Origin: an uncultured Gemmatimonadales bacterium | Lineage (GTDB): Bacteria > Gemmatimonadota > Gemmatimonadetes > Gemmatimonadales > GWC2-71-9 | NCBI GenBank assembly: GCA_963821525.1 | Contig: CAWGED010000005.1 | Span: 196,675 to 260,674, forward strand | Length of the DNA stretch: 64,000 bases | Direction: 5' to 3' | Part shown: one piece after another, positions 32,827-41,118 of the stretch | Position numbering within the stretch: the stretch's first letter is position 1 | Layout: each line of letters opens with the position of its first letter | The notes under the pieces: generated by a model | What the model saw: only the letters and a program-made list of their open reading frames with translations | Databases searched by the model: none | Told to the model about the DNA's origin: nothing | Made by a program: the position numbers and the translations under genes

Positions 32827-32923
32827 CGGTGCCTTCTCCTGACTAGAAGAGGAATTGGAACTACCCGCTTCATCAACAAGTGCCTGCACCAACTGACGTC
32901 TCAAACAAAGTCAGCGATAGATC

Positions 32924-33286
32924 TCACTCCTTCTGTTGCATCTGCCGTTTGAGATCGTTGTTCACCTCCCAGAAAGCGTACCAGAGCGCGTTTGGACGAT
33001 GGTTCTCCCACCAGAAATAATCGTCGAGCCGGGCCCCATAAACATTGGCCGCATAGCGAAATACCAGCCCATTCACCCGCAGGCTGTCCATTACCCGCCA
33101 CAACCCGGCCGAATCCCGAACGCCAGAGGCAAGCGCCTGACTCAGCGCGCTGCCTGCGAGAAAGCCCGAAAGGAAGGTGTTGCGTGCGTCCGGACTGAGT
33201 TTCGCCCAATCCTGGCCGCTGATCGAAAACCAGTTAGGGTCCCGTATCTCACGAATCGGAAAAAAGATACAAAGACCCGCCAGCAA
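32924..33286 (-). CDS. hypothetical protein
   Basis: 120-aa ORF with TTG start as listed and protein-like composition (Trp/aromatic rich). The frame stays open upstream, so the true start is uncertain. Confidence 0.45.
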   Translation of the reverse strand: MLAGLCIFFPIREIRDPNWFSISGQDWAKLSPDARNTFLSGFLAGSALSQALASGVRDSAGLWRVMDSLRVNGLVFRYAANVYGARLDDYFWWENHRPNALWYAFWEVNNDLKRQMQQKE

Positions 33287-33380
33287 CGCAACCCGGGGCC
33301 ATTGAATTCCTAGGCATCTTAGTCGGATATGAGCGTCCTGTTGGGTTCAATCCACAACCTCGGAATTCACCGGCTCCCCC

Positions 33381-33935
33381 TTAGTTGCTGGTTGAAGCCT
33401 CCACGGAGGGGGCCGAAACCTGGGAACTCACCACGAAACGGATCCACATTCCTGAATGCCCGTGCCCCGGCACTCCGCAAATTATCCGGTACTCCGCAGC
33501 GGGTTCGGCCTTGAAGCGCATGGTGTCCTTCTGCCCCTGGGCGAGTCCCTGCGTGGCTTCCCGAGTGTAAGCTCTAGGGATCGCCGCTTCTTCCGCCATG
33601 TTCGGTATCGGCCCCTCGGCGGGAATCATCACGGCACTGTGCGGGGTGCCATCATCATTCACGAAGGGCATCACGACGGTGGATCCGGCCGGTACTGTGA
33701 GAGTGAGTTCTCCGTTGGTAAAGCCGTTGAAGTTGAACGGACTCTTGGCTCCCCCGGTGAGCCCCGCAATCAACTTGAAGGAGACCGTCTTGGATGCTGA
33801 ATCATAGCTGAGCCAGGTTGAATCAATTGGAAAATGACCGGCGTGTTGCGCTTCGGTGGTCTGCGTCGCCGCCGTGCGGGCAGCGACCAGAGCCGCAAGA
33901 ACTAGCAGAACCTGCCGGGACTCTCGCCAAATCAT
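33381..33935 (-). CDS. sulfocyanin/rusticyanin-type cupredoxin (type 1 blue copper protein), secreted
   Basis: His ligand in DDGTPHSAVM, then C-GVPG-H-GHSG-M-W (C-x4-H-x4-M; 33447-33479). AGGAG plus ATG at 33935 preferred over the GTG at 33962, which abuts the hairpin. Confidence 0.8.
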   Translation of the reverse strand: MIWRESRQVLLVLAALVAARTAATQTTEAQHAGHFPIDSTWLSYDSASKTVSFKLIAGLTGGAKSPFNFNGFTNGELTLTVPAGSTVVMPFVNDDGTPHSAVMIPAEGPIPNMAEEAAIPRAYTREATQGLAQGQKDTMRFKAEPAAEYRIICGVPGHGHSGMWIRFVVSSQVSAPSVEASTSN

Positions 33936-33969
33936 GCCGACTCCTGAAAAAGAAGTAACCACTCAAAGT

Positions 33970-34002
33970 GAAGCGGGCCAGCCGGCATGGCTGGCCCGCT
34001 TC
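33970..34002 (-). other. perfect 14-bp stem hairpin between the PQQ dehydrogenase and cupredoxin genes
   Basis: GAAGCGGGCCAGCC (33970-33983) / GGCTGGCCCGCTTC (33989-34002), 5-nt loop. Only a weak, distal T-rich stretch follows on the minus strand. Confidence 0.7.
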
Positions 34003-34053
34003 TCAAGATAGAACCGGCAAGGGCCTATGAGGAAGCCTCGCCGATCGCCCCGG

Positions 34054-35722
34054 TCATGCGGGGGGCGTATACGCCTTCGGCAGGCCGAAGATGTACACGC
34101 TGTTGCCCAGCGGGTAGCTCAGCTGGAAGTTGCCACCGCAGGCCACCGCGATGAACTGCTCGTTCTTGAACTGTGTAGGTCATCGGAGCGGAGTTGCATC
34201 CGGCGCCCGCCTGGAACTGCCAGAGCAGCTTCCCGGTGCGGGAATCGTAGGCGTTGAAATTCCCGTTGCCTTCTCCGGTGAAGACGAGCCCGCCGGCCGT
34301 CGCCAGGGCCCCGCCCATCATCGGCTGCGGCACCTTCACCTGCCACGCCTTCTTGCCGGTGCCGAGGTTGAGCGCCGTGAACGAGCCCGTACTGCTCCTC
34401 ACCCGGCGATCGCGACGAAGGCCGAACCGAGCCACAGTTTTCCCTTGTCCCACGGCGGCGTTGTGGGTGATGTAGTTCATCGGCTGATGGAGGCCTGCTA
34501 CGAAGGCGTAGTTGAGCTTGGGATCCACCGCGATCGGCGACCACTCTGCACCGCCGTTGGCGCCGGGAAGCATCCGGGTACCCGAAGCGGTGGGCTGGGC
34601 GAACATGTTTTCCTGCGGGGTGAAGTTCTCAGTCTTGCGCACCAGCGTGCCGGTTGCGGCGTCCAGCACGTAGACCCAGGCGGTCTTGCCGGCATGGACC
34701 ACGACCTTCTTGCCGCCCAGCGTGGTGACGACCGGCGGGGACACGGCGTCGAGGTCCCACACGTCGTGCGGAACCGTCTGGTAGTACCACTTGGTCTTGC
34801 CGGTTGTCGCCTCGATGGCGACGACGCAGTCGGTGTACAGGTTATCGCCCGGGCGCACGCTGCCGTCGAGGTCGGGCGAGGGGTTACCAACCGCCACGTA
34901 GATGAGACCGAGGCTCTGGTCGTAGGCCGGAGTCATCCAGACGCCGCCGCCGCCGCGGGTCCACGCGTCCGCGTACTTGGCGCTGTCCGACTTCTCGGCG
35001 CCGGTGTTGCGGTTCAGGTTGTTGCCTTCGGGGGTCGCGTCAACCCAGTTGCCGTACCAGCCATTGGGAGCCGCCTCATCGAAGGTGGGATCGCCCTTGG
35101 GAGCGGGAATCGAATACCAGCGCCAGACCTGCTTGCCGGTCACCGCATCGTAGGCGGTCACGTGGCCCCGGATGCCGTATTCACCGCCCGAGACACCGAC
35201 GATCACGTTGTTGCCGATGACAAGCGGCGCGTGGGTGATGCTGTAGCCGAAGGCCGGATCGGCCACCTCGTTGTCCCAGACAACGTCACCGGTCATCCGG
35301 TCGAAGGCGATGAGGTGGGCATCGAGGGTGCCCATGTAGACGTGCGGGCCATGCACGCCCACGCCGCGGTTGTTGGGGCCGCAGCAGAAGATCGTAGTGC
35401 CGAGCTTGTGCTCGTAACGCCAGACCTGTTTCCCGGTGTCGAGGTTGTACGCGATCAGGGTGTTGTACGGGGTGGTCACGTACATCATGTTCTCAACCAC
35501 GATCGGCGTATTCTCGAACGAGCCGAGCTTGCTGATCCCGGTCTGGAAGACCACCCGAGGCACCAGCGACTTCACGTTTGTGGTATTGATCGCCGTAAGC
35601 GTGGAGTAGCGCTGGTTCCAGTCATTCCCGCCATACGTCATCCACTTGGTCTGGGCGGAGAGGTTGCTGGCAGCCGCTGCGCAAACGAGCATGGCCAGAC
35701 CCCAACGAGAAGCACTGCGCAT
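34054..35722 (-). CDS. PQQ-dependent alcohol/methanol dehydrogenase family quinoprotein with D-x-D (lanthanide-type) signature; C-terminal frame break near 34168-34178
   Basis: Signal peptide. WMTYGGNDWNQRYSTL, vicinal disulfide FCCGPNNRG, eight-bladed propeller W-motifs, PHDVWDLDAV (DLD at 34748-34756). The true C-terminus FKNEQFIAVACGGNFQLSYPLGNSVYIFGLPKAYTPPA is in a shifted frame, with stop at 34054. Confidence 0.85.
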
Positions 35723-35874
35723 GGGAGAAGGTCTCCTGGGTATAGGGAACTGAGGAAACGACCATCGTGCCGCCACGACACAGCCAGACGCGGGCGGAAG
35801 CGCCATTGATACGCAGGCTTTAAGAGGCTCGGGAAGATGCCACCGCCCACGGCCGTGGGACGGCGGCGCTTTTG

Positions 35875-35903
35875 GAAATAGGGCTTGCGACCGGAACCGT
35901 CAA
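35875..35903 (-). promoter_or_regulatory. candidate sigma-70-type promoter for the PQQ dehydrogenase gene
   Basis: On the minus strand: TTGACG (35903-35898), 17-nt spacer, TATTTC (35880-35875). AGGAGA lies 8 nt before the ATG at 35722. Confidence 0.3.
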
Positions 35904-35910
35904 GTGGCCT

Positions 35911-36051
35911 TTAGTGGAATAGGAGCACTGCCTTCTGGAAGGTCATGAAGACCCCCCATCCCAGCGGAATCCCCACCGCGATCCAGGCCAGTGCGACCAG
36001 CCCCCAGTTCCCCGGTTCGGGCTGGCTGCCGGTCGGCTCGTTGGGTTGCAT
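35911..36051 (-). CDS. small membrane protein resembling the MFS transporter small subunit found next to OFA-family transporters (46 aa, below ORF-track cutoff)
   Basis: Own translation: MQPNEPTGSQPEPGNWGLVALAWIAVGIPLGWGVFMTFQKAVLLFH. One TM helix with an IPLxWGV pattern, directly downstream of the OFA MFS gene. Confidence 0.6.
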   Translation of the reverse strand: MQPNEPTGSQPEPGNWGLVALAWIAVGIPLGWGVFMTFQKAVLLFH

Positions 36052-36093
36052 GTGCGTCCCTCCTAGAGGTACCGCTTCTCCGGAACCGTCTCG

Positions 36094-37471
36094 TCAGTGG
36101 CCCCGCAGGCGCTCCCGGGCCAGCTCCTCGTCGGACATGAAGTAGCGATCGGGAAGCGGCCGGACCAGCAGGTTGCAGATGAAACCGATCACCAGGAGCC
36201 CAGCCAGGACGTACATAGTCGTGTTATACGCCTCCGCCACTGGTACCCCGCGGTCCACCTGATGTTGCCGGATCTCGTTCACCAGCAGCGGGCCCACGAC
36301 ACCGGCGGTCGACCAGGCCGTCAGCAATCTTCCGTGAATGGCGCCCACAAACTGGGTCCCGAAGATGTCCGACAAATAGGCGGGGATGGTGGCGAAGCCG
36401 CCGCCATACATCGTGATGATCACGCAGAAGATCGCCACGAAGAGCGCGACGCTGCCGATCCGGCCCGCATGCGGGACCAGTGAGTAGAGCACGATCCCAA
36501 GGGCGAAGAAAATGAAGTAGGTCGGCTTGCGGCCGAGCTTATCAGAGAGCGACGCCCACCCGATCCGCCCCCCGATGTTGAACAGACTCAGGAGTCCCAC
36601 GAAGCCCGCCGCGGCGGAGGCCGACACTTTGTCCTTGAAGACCTCCTGGATCATGGGCGATGCCTGTTCCAGGACGCCGATACCGGCGCTCACGTTGGTG
36701 CACAGGACCAGCCAGAGCAGTATGAAGGGCACCGTCTTCCAGGCCACGTCCACGTGAACATGGCGACGAGTGACCATGCTGACATTAGTGGTAGCGGGCG
36801 TCCACCCCGCGGGTTTCCAGTCATTGGGCGGAATCCGATAACTGAACGCGCCGCACATCATCGTCACGAAGTCAGATGAGACCCATCGTGACGAAGGTCT
36901 CCCAAACACCGACCGAGGTCGGCGTGGCGTAGTGCTTCATCAGGATAACGGCCAGCGGCGCCCCGATCATGGCACCGCCTCCGAATCCCATGATCGCCAT
37001 GCCGGTTGCCATGCCGCGGCGGTCCGGGAACCACTTGATGAGGGTGGAAACCGGTGAGATGTATCCCAGTCCGAGTCCGCACCCACCAATCACCCCGTTG
37101 CCGAGATACAGGAGCCAGAGCTGGTGGGTGCGAACGCCGATTGCGGAGATCAGGTACCCTCCACCCCAGCAGAAGGCGGCCGCGACACCCGCCCTGCGCG
37201 GGCCCACTCGCTCGAGCCAGCGTCCGAACACCGCCGCTGACAGACCCAGGAACACGATGAAAATCGTGAACACGAGGGCGATTTGCGTCTGCGTCCAGTC
37301 GCCTGGGCCGGACTCGGTGATGCCGAGGGCACGAGTGAGCGGAAGTTTGAAGACGCTGTAGGCGTAGGCTTGGCCGATCGAGAGATGGATGGCGAGCGCC
37401 GCCGGTGGGACCAGCCACCGATTGAACCCTGGCTTCGCGACAATACGTTCCTTGTCGAGCAGGCCGGACAT
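36094..37471 (-). CDS. MFS transporter, oxalate/formate antiporter (OFA) family; frame broken near 36870-36885
   Basis: NRWLVPPAALAIHLSIGQAYAYSVFKLPL..., FPDRRGMATGMAIMGFGGG. The C-terminal six helices are in ORF 36094..36909. Confidence 0.8.
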
Positions 37472-37540
37472 CAGCGACTCCTGATGTGGGACGGGTACAT
37501 CCGGGAGGAACCGGCATACATTACCGCGAGCCCGAGAAAA

Positions 37541-38087
37541 ATGCCAACCGACCCGAACCTTTCGATTCCCTCGCTCACGCGAGCCGGACTCACCAGCCTC
37601 ATGCTCGTCCTGGCGGCGATGGGCACTTTGTCCGCCCAGCAGACCGGCGCGCTTCCCCAGTGGATGACCGCAGATTCGGCGAGTCGAACGGTCTCTCTGG
37701 AGCTCAAGGTTGCATGGAGCTGCGGGTTCGCCAGCGACTATCTCGGGCTACCGCCAGGGGGGCGTGGAGGTCGTGGTTCCGGTCGGCTGGACGATTCGCT
37801 GGCGATGGATCAATGGGGACAGCACCGCGGCGCATAGCCTGGTGGTGATGGTGGAGCGGGAGAAACTGCCGGCTGAAGGCGGCAGCCCGGTGTTCGACAA
37901 CGCGATGAGCCGGAATGTCGTCCGTGGTCTAGGCCCCGGGAAAACCGACGAGACCACATTCACTGCGGATCAGGCGGGGTGGTACTGGCTGCTCTGCGGC
38001 GTCCCGGGCCACGCGCTGGGCGGAGAATGGATCGGTCTGAAGGTGGACGCTGAGGCCAAGGCTCCCGCTGCGACGTTCCGGCAGTGA
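37541..38087 (+). CDS. second sulfocyanin-type cupredoxin, axial Met position occupied by Glu; frame broken near 37706-37722
   Basis: Signal anchor LTSLMLVLAAMGTLSAQQ and WMTADSASRTVSLELKV (parallels WLSYDSASKTVSFKLI of the first copy). Then STAAHSLVVM and C-GVPG-H-ALGG-E-W (Glu codon 38025-38027). Confidence 0.7.
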
Positions 38088-38094
38088 GGGGGCC

Positions 38095-38147
38095 GCGTAA
38101 GAAGTAAGAAGTTTTGCCTCTCACTTCTCACGTCTTACTTCTCACGC
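38095..38147. repeat. 7-nt periodic inverted-repeat element I (same sequence family as E)
   Basis: cgtaaga agtaaga ag ttttgcc tctcact tctcacg tcttact tctcacg. Confidence 0.85.
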
Positions 38148-38161
38148 ATTCACGGCGTCAC

Positions 38162-39328
38162 TTACCTCTCTTGGAGTAACCCCTCCACTTCCGCCCGCAT
38201 CTCCTTCACCAGCTTCGCGTGCTGCTCCGGCAGGGCGGGGCCATAGAAACCGGCGTGAATCCGACGGACTCGACCAGTGCGGTCGAGAAAGATCGTGGTG
38301 GGGAACGCCGTAAAGTTGGTGAGCTGCGGCAGGGTCGCCGCGGCGGCCTCGGTGTCATTGGTTCCCGCCCGAAGCAGGATGAACGGGATGTGGTAGGCAT
38401 CCCGGTACAGTCGCACCTGGTGATTGTCGGTGGCGCTGTCGCCGCTTACCTCATAGGCGAGTCCGACGATCTCCAGCCCGCGGGCGTGGTAGTCCTTATA
38501 GAGCTGCACCAGGGCGGGGGCCGCGTCGTGGCAGGTGGGGCACCAGGTCCCGAACACGTCGATCACGACCACCTTGTCCTTGAGTCGCGGGTCGGCCTCG
38601 GTGATCTGCCGGCCTTCGAGATCGGGGAAGCTGAAGCGGAACGGTGTCGTGTCCGCCGTCGTGATCTCGCTGGGCGACTTGAGATGAGGAACTCCGGTGC
38701 TGCGGACGGCGATGAATCGGGTCTGGGTTCGGAGGCCGGCGTGGAAGATCCCGCGGAGGGTGTCTGCCTTAAGCTGGCCGGTCAGCATGTAGACGTAGGA
38801 GCCGTCGAAGTGGGAGATCGAAAAACTGTCCGCCTGCGCATGTCCCCAGAAAAGACCGTAGTCCCCCGTGTTGGAGATGATGGTTCCCTCGAGGCCCGCC
38901 TGGCCATTGCGTAGCTCGATGACGCGAGGGCTCGCGTCGAAATCGGTCAGGAACTGCGCGTCCCAGCGACCGGTCAGCCCCGCGGGACCTTTCTCGACCG
39001 GCCAACGGCCGCGTCCCGCGCGAAAAGGAATGGTGCGGGGTCCGCGCCGTCCTACGTTGTGATACTCCCCGACCAGGGAATCCCCTCTGGCCACCGCGGC
39101 AATGGTGGCTGCGTAGGCCGAGATGTCGAACACCACGCTGTCGCCGGCGACGCGTACCGCGCTCAGCGCCTGGCACTGCGTCCCATTGCAGAGCTTACCC
39201 TGCCACGTTCCTCCCTTTTGTTCTACCGTGAGCGCGAAGCGAAGAGGGCCTCCGGCAATGTCGAGCACGGCCCGCCACGGGCCAGCGGGGGTGGGAGCGA
39301 CAGTGAGGGCTAGGAGAAGCGTAAACAA
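38162..39328 (-). CDS. TlpA-family thiol:disulfide oxidoreductase with large N-terminal domain
   Basis: VVVIDVFGTWCPTCHDAAP thioredoxin-fold motif. The track start 39409 reads through repeat J. TTG at 39328 followed by FTLLLALTVAPTPA (signal-like) is proposed. Confidence 0.75.
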   Translation of the reverse strand: MFTLLLALTVAPTPAGPWRAVLDIAGGPLRFALTVEQKGGTWQGKLCNGTQCQALSAVRVAGDSVVFDISAYAATIAAVARGDSLVGEYHNVGRRGPRTIPFRAGRGRWPVEKGPAGLTGRWDAQFLTDFDASPRVIELRNGQAGLEGTIISNTGDYGLFWGHAQADSFSISHFDGSYVYMLTGQLKADTLRGIFHAGLRTQTRFIAVRSTGVPHLKSPSEITTADTTPFRFSFPDLEGRQITEADPRLKDKVVVIDVFGTWCPTCHDAAPALVQLYKDYHARGLEIVGLAYEVSGDSATDNHQVRLYRDAYHIPFILLRAGTNDTEAAAATLPQLTNFTAFPTTIFLDRTGRVRRIHAGFYGPALPEQHAKLVKEMRAEVEGLLQER

Positions 39329-39429
39329 TTGACGATTGACGATTGATGATTGATGATTGAACTGCTGTGGACTCGAGATGATTACCAATCTGCAATCGGC
39401 AATCGGCAATTACCAATTGGCAATCATCA
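39326..39429. repeat. 7-nt periodic inverted-repeat element J (GATTGAC/GATTGAT vs CAATCNN; same family as F)
   Basis: attgacg attgacg attgatg attgatg attgaac ... attacca atctgca atcggca atcggca attacca attggca atcatca. Confidence 0.9.
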
Positions 39430-40170
39430 GTACTTCTCCCCGGCACGAATCTCCGCCGACACCCGATTCCCCGGCCACGGCGCCGGGCAGGCGTACGCGG
39501 TGCTGTAGGCGCAGAAGGGATTGCGCGACCGGTTGAAGTCGAGCAGGTAGGTGCTCTCGTCGCGCGGAGTCAGAGTGACGAACCGCCCCGCCGGATAGCT
39601 CCCCTTTCCATTGGTCAGATCCTGGAAATAGATGATCAGCTCCGACTCGCCGCTGTCTTCATCGGCGATCCGGTAGGCCTTGAGATTGGCGGCACCTGAC
39701 TCGAGCGGGATGGTGAAGACGCCGGCCTCTATCGCTTCGGTTTCCACTCCGTCCAGCATGAGAATTCGGTGTGTCACCCGGCTGGCTGGCTTGGTCAGGC
39801 TGCCTATTAGGACGAGGTGAGTATCGGCCGGAAAGTAGCTCGGTATGAGAGTACGGTGCTCCGGGCCGAACACGGTGAGGACGGACCGGCCAGAGGGCCC
39901 CGTCGGCCGGAGCTGGTAGGATCCAATGGCGGTGAGGCGGTCGCGAGGCAGGGGTGTCTTGGTCCCCTGTTGGCTCAGCACCACGCTGCGCCCTTCTTCC
40001 CGCACCGTCATGCGCGTCGAGTTCTTGAGCGGGACGTCGGCGTCCTCCGGTCCGAGCGTGAGCCCCGTTCCGATGGCCTGCTGGGCCAGCGCGGCCAGAG
40101 GTGAATCGGGGGCGTTGGCCAGCCAAAGGGCGAATGCGCTCCGCTCCGCGACGAGGTCATCTCTGGGCAG
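39427..40170 (-). CDS. DUF1684 domain protein; start codon unresolved
   Basis: NRSRNPFCAYSTAYACPAPWPGNRV C-terminal signature. Conserved-looking sequence (AERSAFALWLANAPDSPLAAL) continues in frame upstream of the listed ATG (40011), with no ATG/GTG/TTG before the upstream stop. A CTG lies at 40170. Confidence 0.65.
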   Translation of the reverse strand: MPRDDLVAERSAFALWLANAPDSPLAALAQQAIGTGLTLGPEDADVPLKNSTRMTVREEGRSVVLSQQGTKTPLPRDRLTAIGSYQLRPTGPSGRSVLTVFGPEHRTLIPSYFPADTHLVLIGSLTKPASRVTHRILMLDGVETEAIEAGVFTIPLESGAANLKAYRIADEDSGESELIIYFQDLTNGKGSYPAGRFVTLTPRDESTYLLDFNRSRNPFCAYSTAYACPAPWPGNRVSAEIRAGEKY

Positions 40171-40310
40171 TAAGCGGTGAGCGGTGAGCAGTGAGCAGGA
40201 GTGGAATAATCAGTGTGGTGCGGATTGCCGAGGCGAACCCGCGCCGAGGGAAGACCACCTCTGCTTTCGGTGCCCGCCGCTCACCGCTCACTGCTTACCG
40301 CTCACAGTAG
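40168..40310. repeat. 7-nt periodic inverted-repeat element K (GGTGAGC/GTAAGCG vs CTCACCG/CTTACCG)
   Basis: cagtaag cggtgag cggtgag cagtgag ... ccgctca ccgctca ctgctta ccgctca c, with a ~75-nt core. Confidence 0.85.
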
Positions 40311-40311
40311 T

Positions 40312-41118
40312 TCAGCTCCCGATCGTCCCAACCAGGATGGGCTGGGTCGTGGGCTGGGGCGAACCACCAGCAGGTTCGTTGGTGACCGCGGCGACAGCGA
40401 GGTTCGGGGCTTCCGGAATTGCGACCTGTTGCACCATGGCATGCCCGGTCGGCTCCGCGGTGAACGTCACCGAGGGAATCGGCTTGCCGCCCTTGGGGAT
40501 GAACCAGAGCTGGTAGACCCGTCCGCTCTCGGTCGGCTGCAGGTTGAAGGCGTGAATCAGTGCCACCCGCTTCTTCGGATTCATGAAGAGCTGAATCACC
40601 GGTGCGGGCGTCGAGGTCGATGTCAGGGTCGTAAGGCGTACATCGGGTTCCAGAATCGCATTCAGGGTTGCCTCTCGCTCGGCGAGCTGGGCCTGGGTCG
40701 CTCCGAAGTCTCGTCTCAGCTCGGCGATCGCGGTGTCTCGCTCCGTCACCTGGCGCCGGAGGGCAATCGACTGAAGTCCAAACCCGACAGCCAGCAGGAC
40801 AGCCGCAGCGGCAGCCCAGGGGATCCAGTTGGGCCGGGCCGCCGCCGGCCGTAGCGCTACCACCTTCTCCTTCGCTACGCGAGCGAGCACCCGGTCGCGC
40901 AGGTCGCTGGAGGGACCGGACCCGGCGCCCGCCGTCGTCGTGGTGAGGAGTGTGGCGACTTCCCGGAATTCGGCCACCTCCCGCTGTGCCTCGGGAGACG
41001 TAGCCAGAAAGGCCTCGAACGAGCGAGCCTCCGCCGGATCGAGGGCGCCCAGCGCGTAGGCCGCGGCGAGATCCTTCAAGTCCTGACTATCCCTGTCTTG
41101 ACTATCCGCGCTGCTCAC
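40312..41118 (-). CDS. anti-sigma factor (RskA-like)
   Basis: LAAAYALGALDPAEARSFEAFLATSPEAQREV, central TM helix, C-terminal VYQLWFIPKGGKPIPS. Confidence 0.8.
   Translation of the reverse strand: MSSADSQDRDSQDLKDLAAAYALGALDPAEARSFEAFLATSPEAQREVAEFREVATLLTTTTAGAGSGPSSDLRDRVLARVAKEKVVALRPAAARPNWIPWAAAAAVLLAVGFGLQSIALRRQVTERDTAIAELRRDFGATQAQLAEREATLNAILEPDVRLTTLTSTSTPAPVIQLFMNPKKRVALIHAFNLQPTESGRVYQLWFIPKGGKPIPSVTFTAEPTGHAMVQQVAIPEAPNLAVAAVTNEPAGGSPQPTTQPILVGTIGS

Noticed and set aside
34130-35809. 559-aa plus-strand ORF
   Set aside because: Antisense to the PQQ dehydrogenase. No motifs and an Arg/His/Gly-rich composition.
35945-36145. 66-aa plus-strand ORF between the MFS and PQQ genes
   Set aside because: Its translation is Pro/Ser/Arg-rich. 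The opposite strand encodes a far more convincing 46-aa TM protein in the expected operon orientation.
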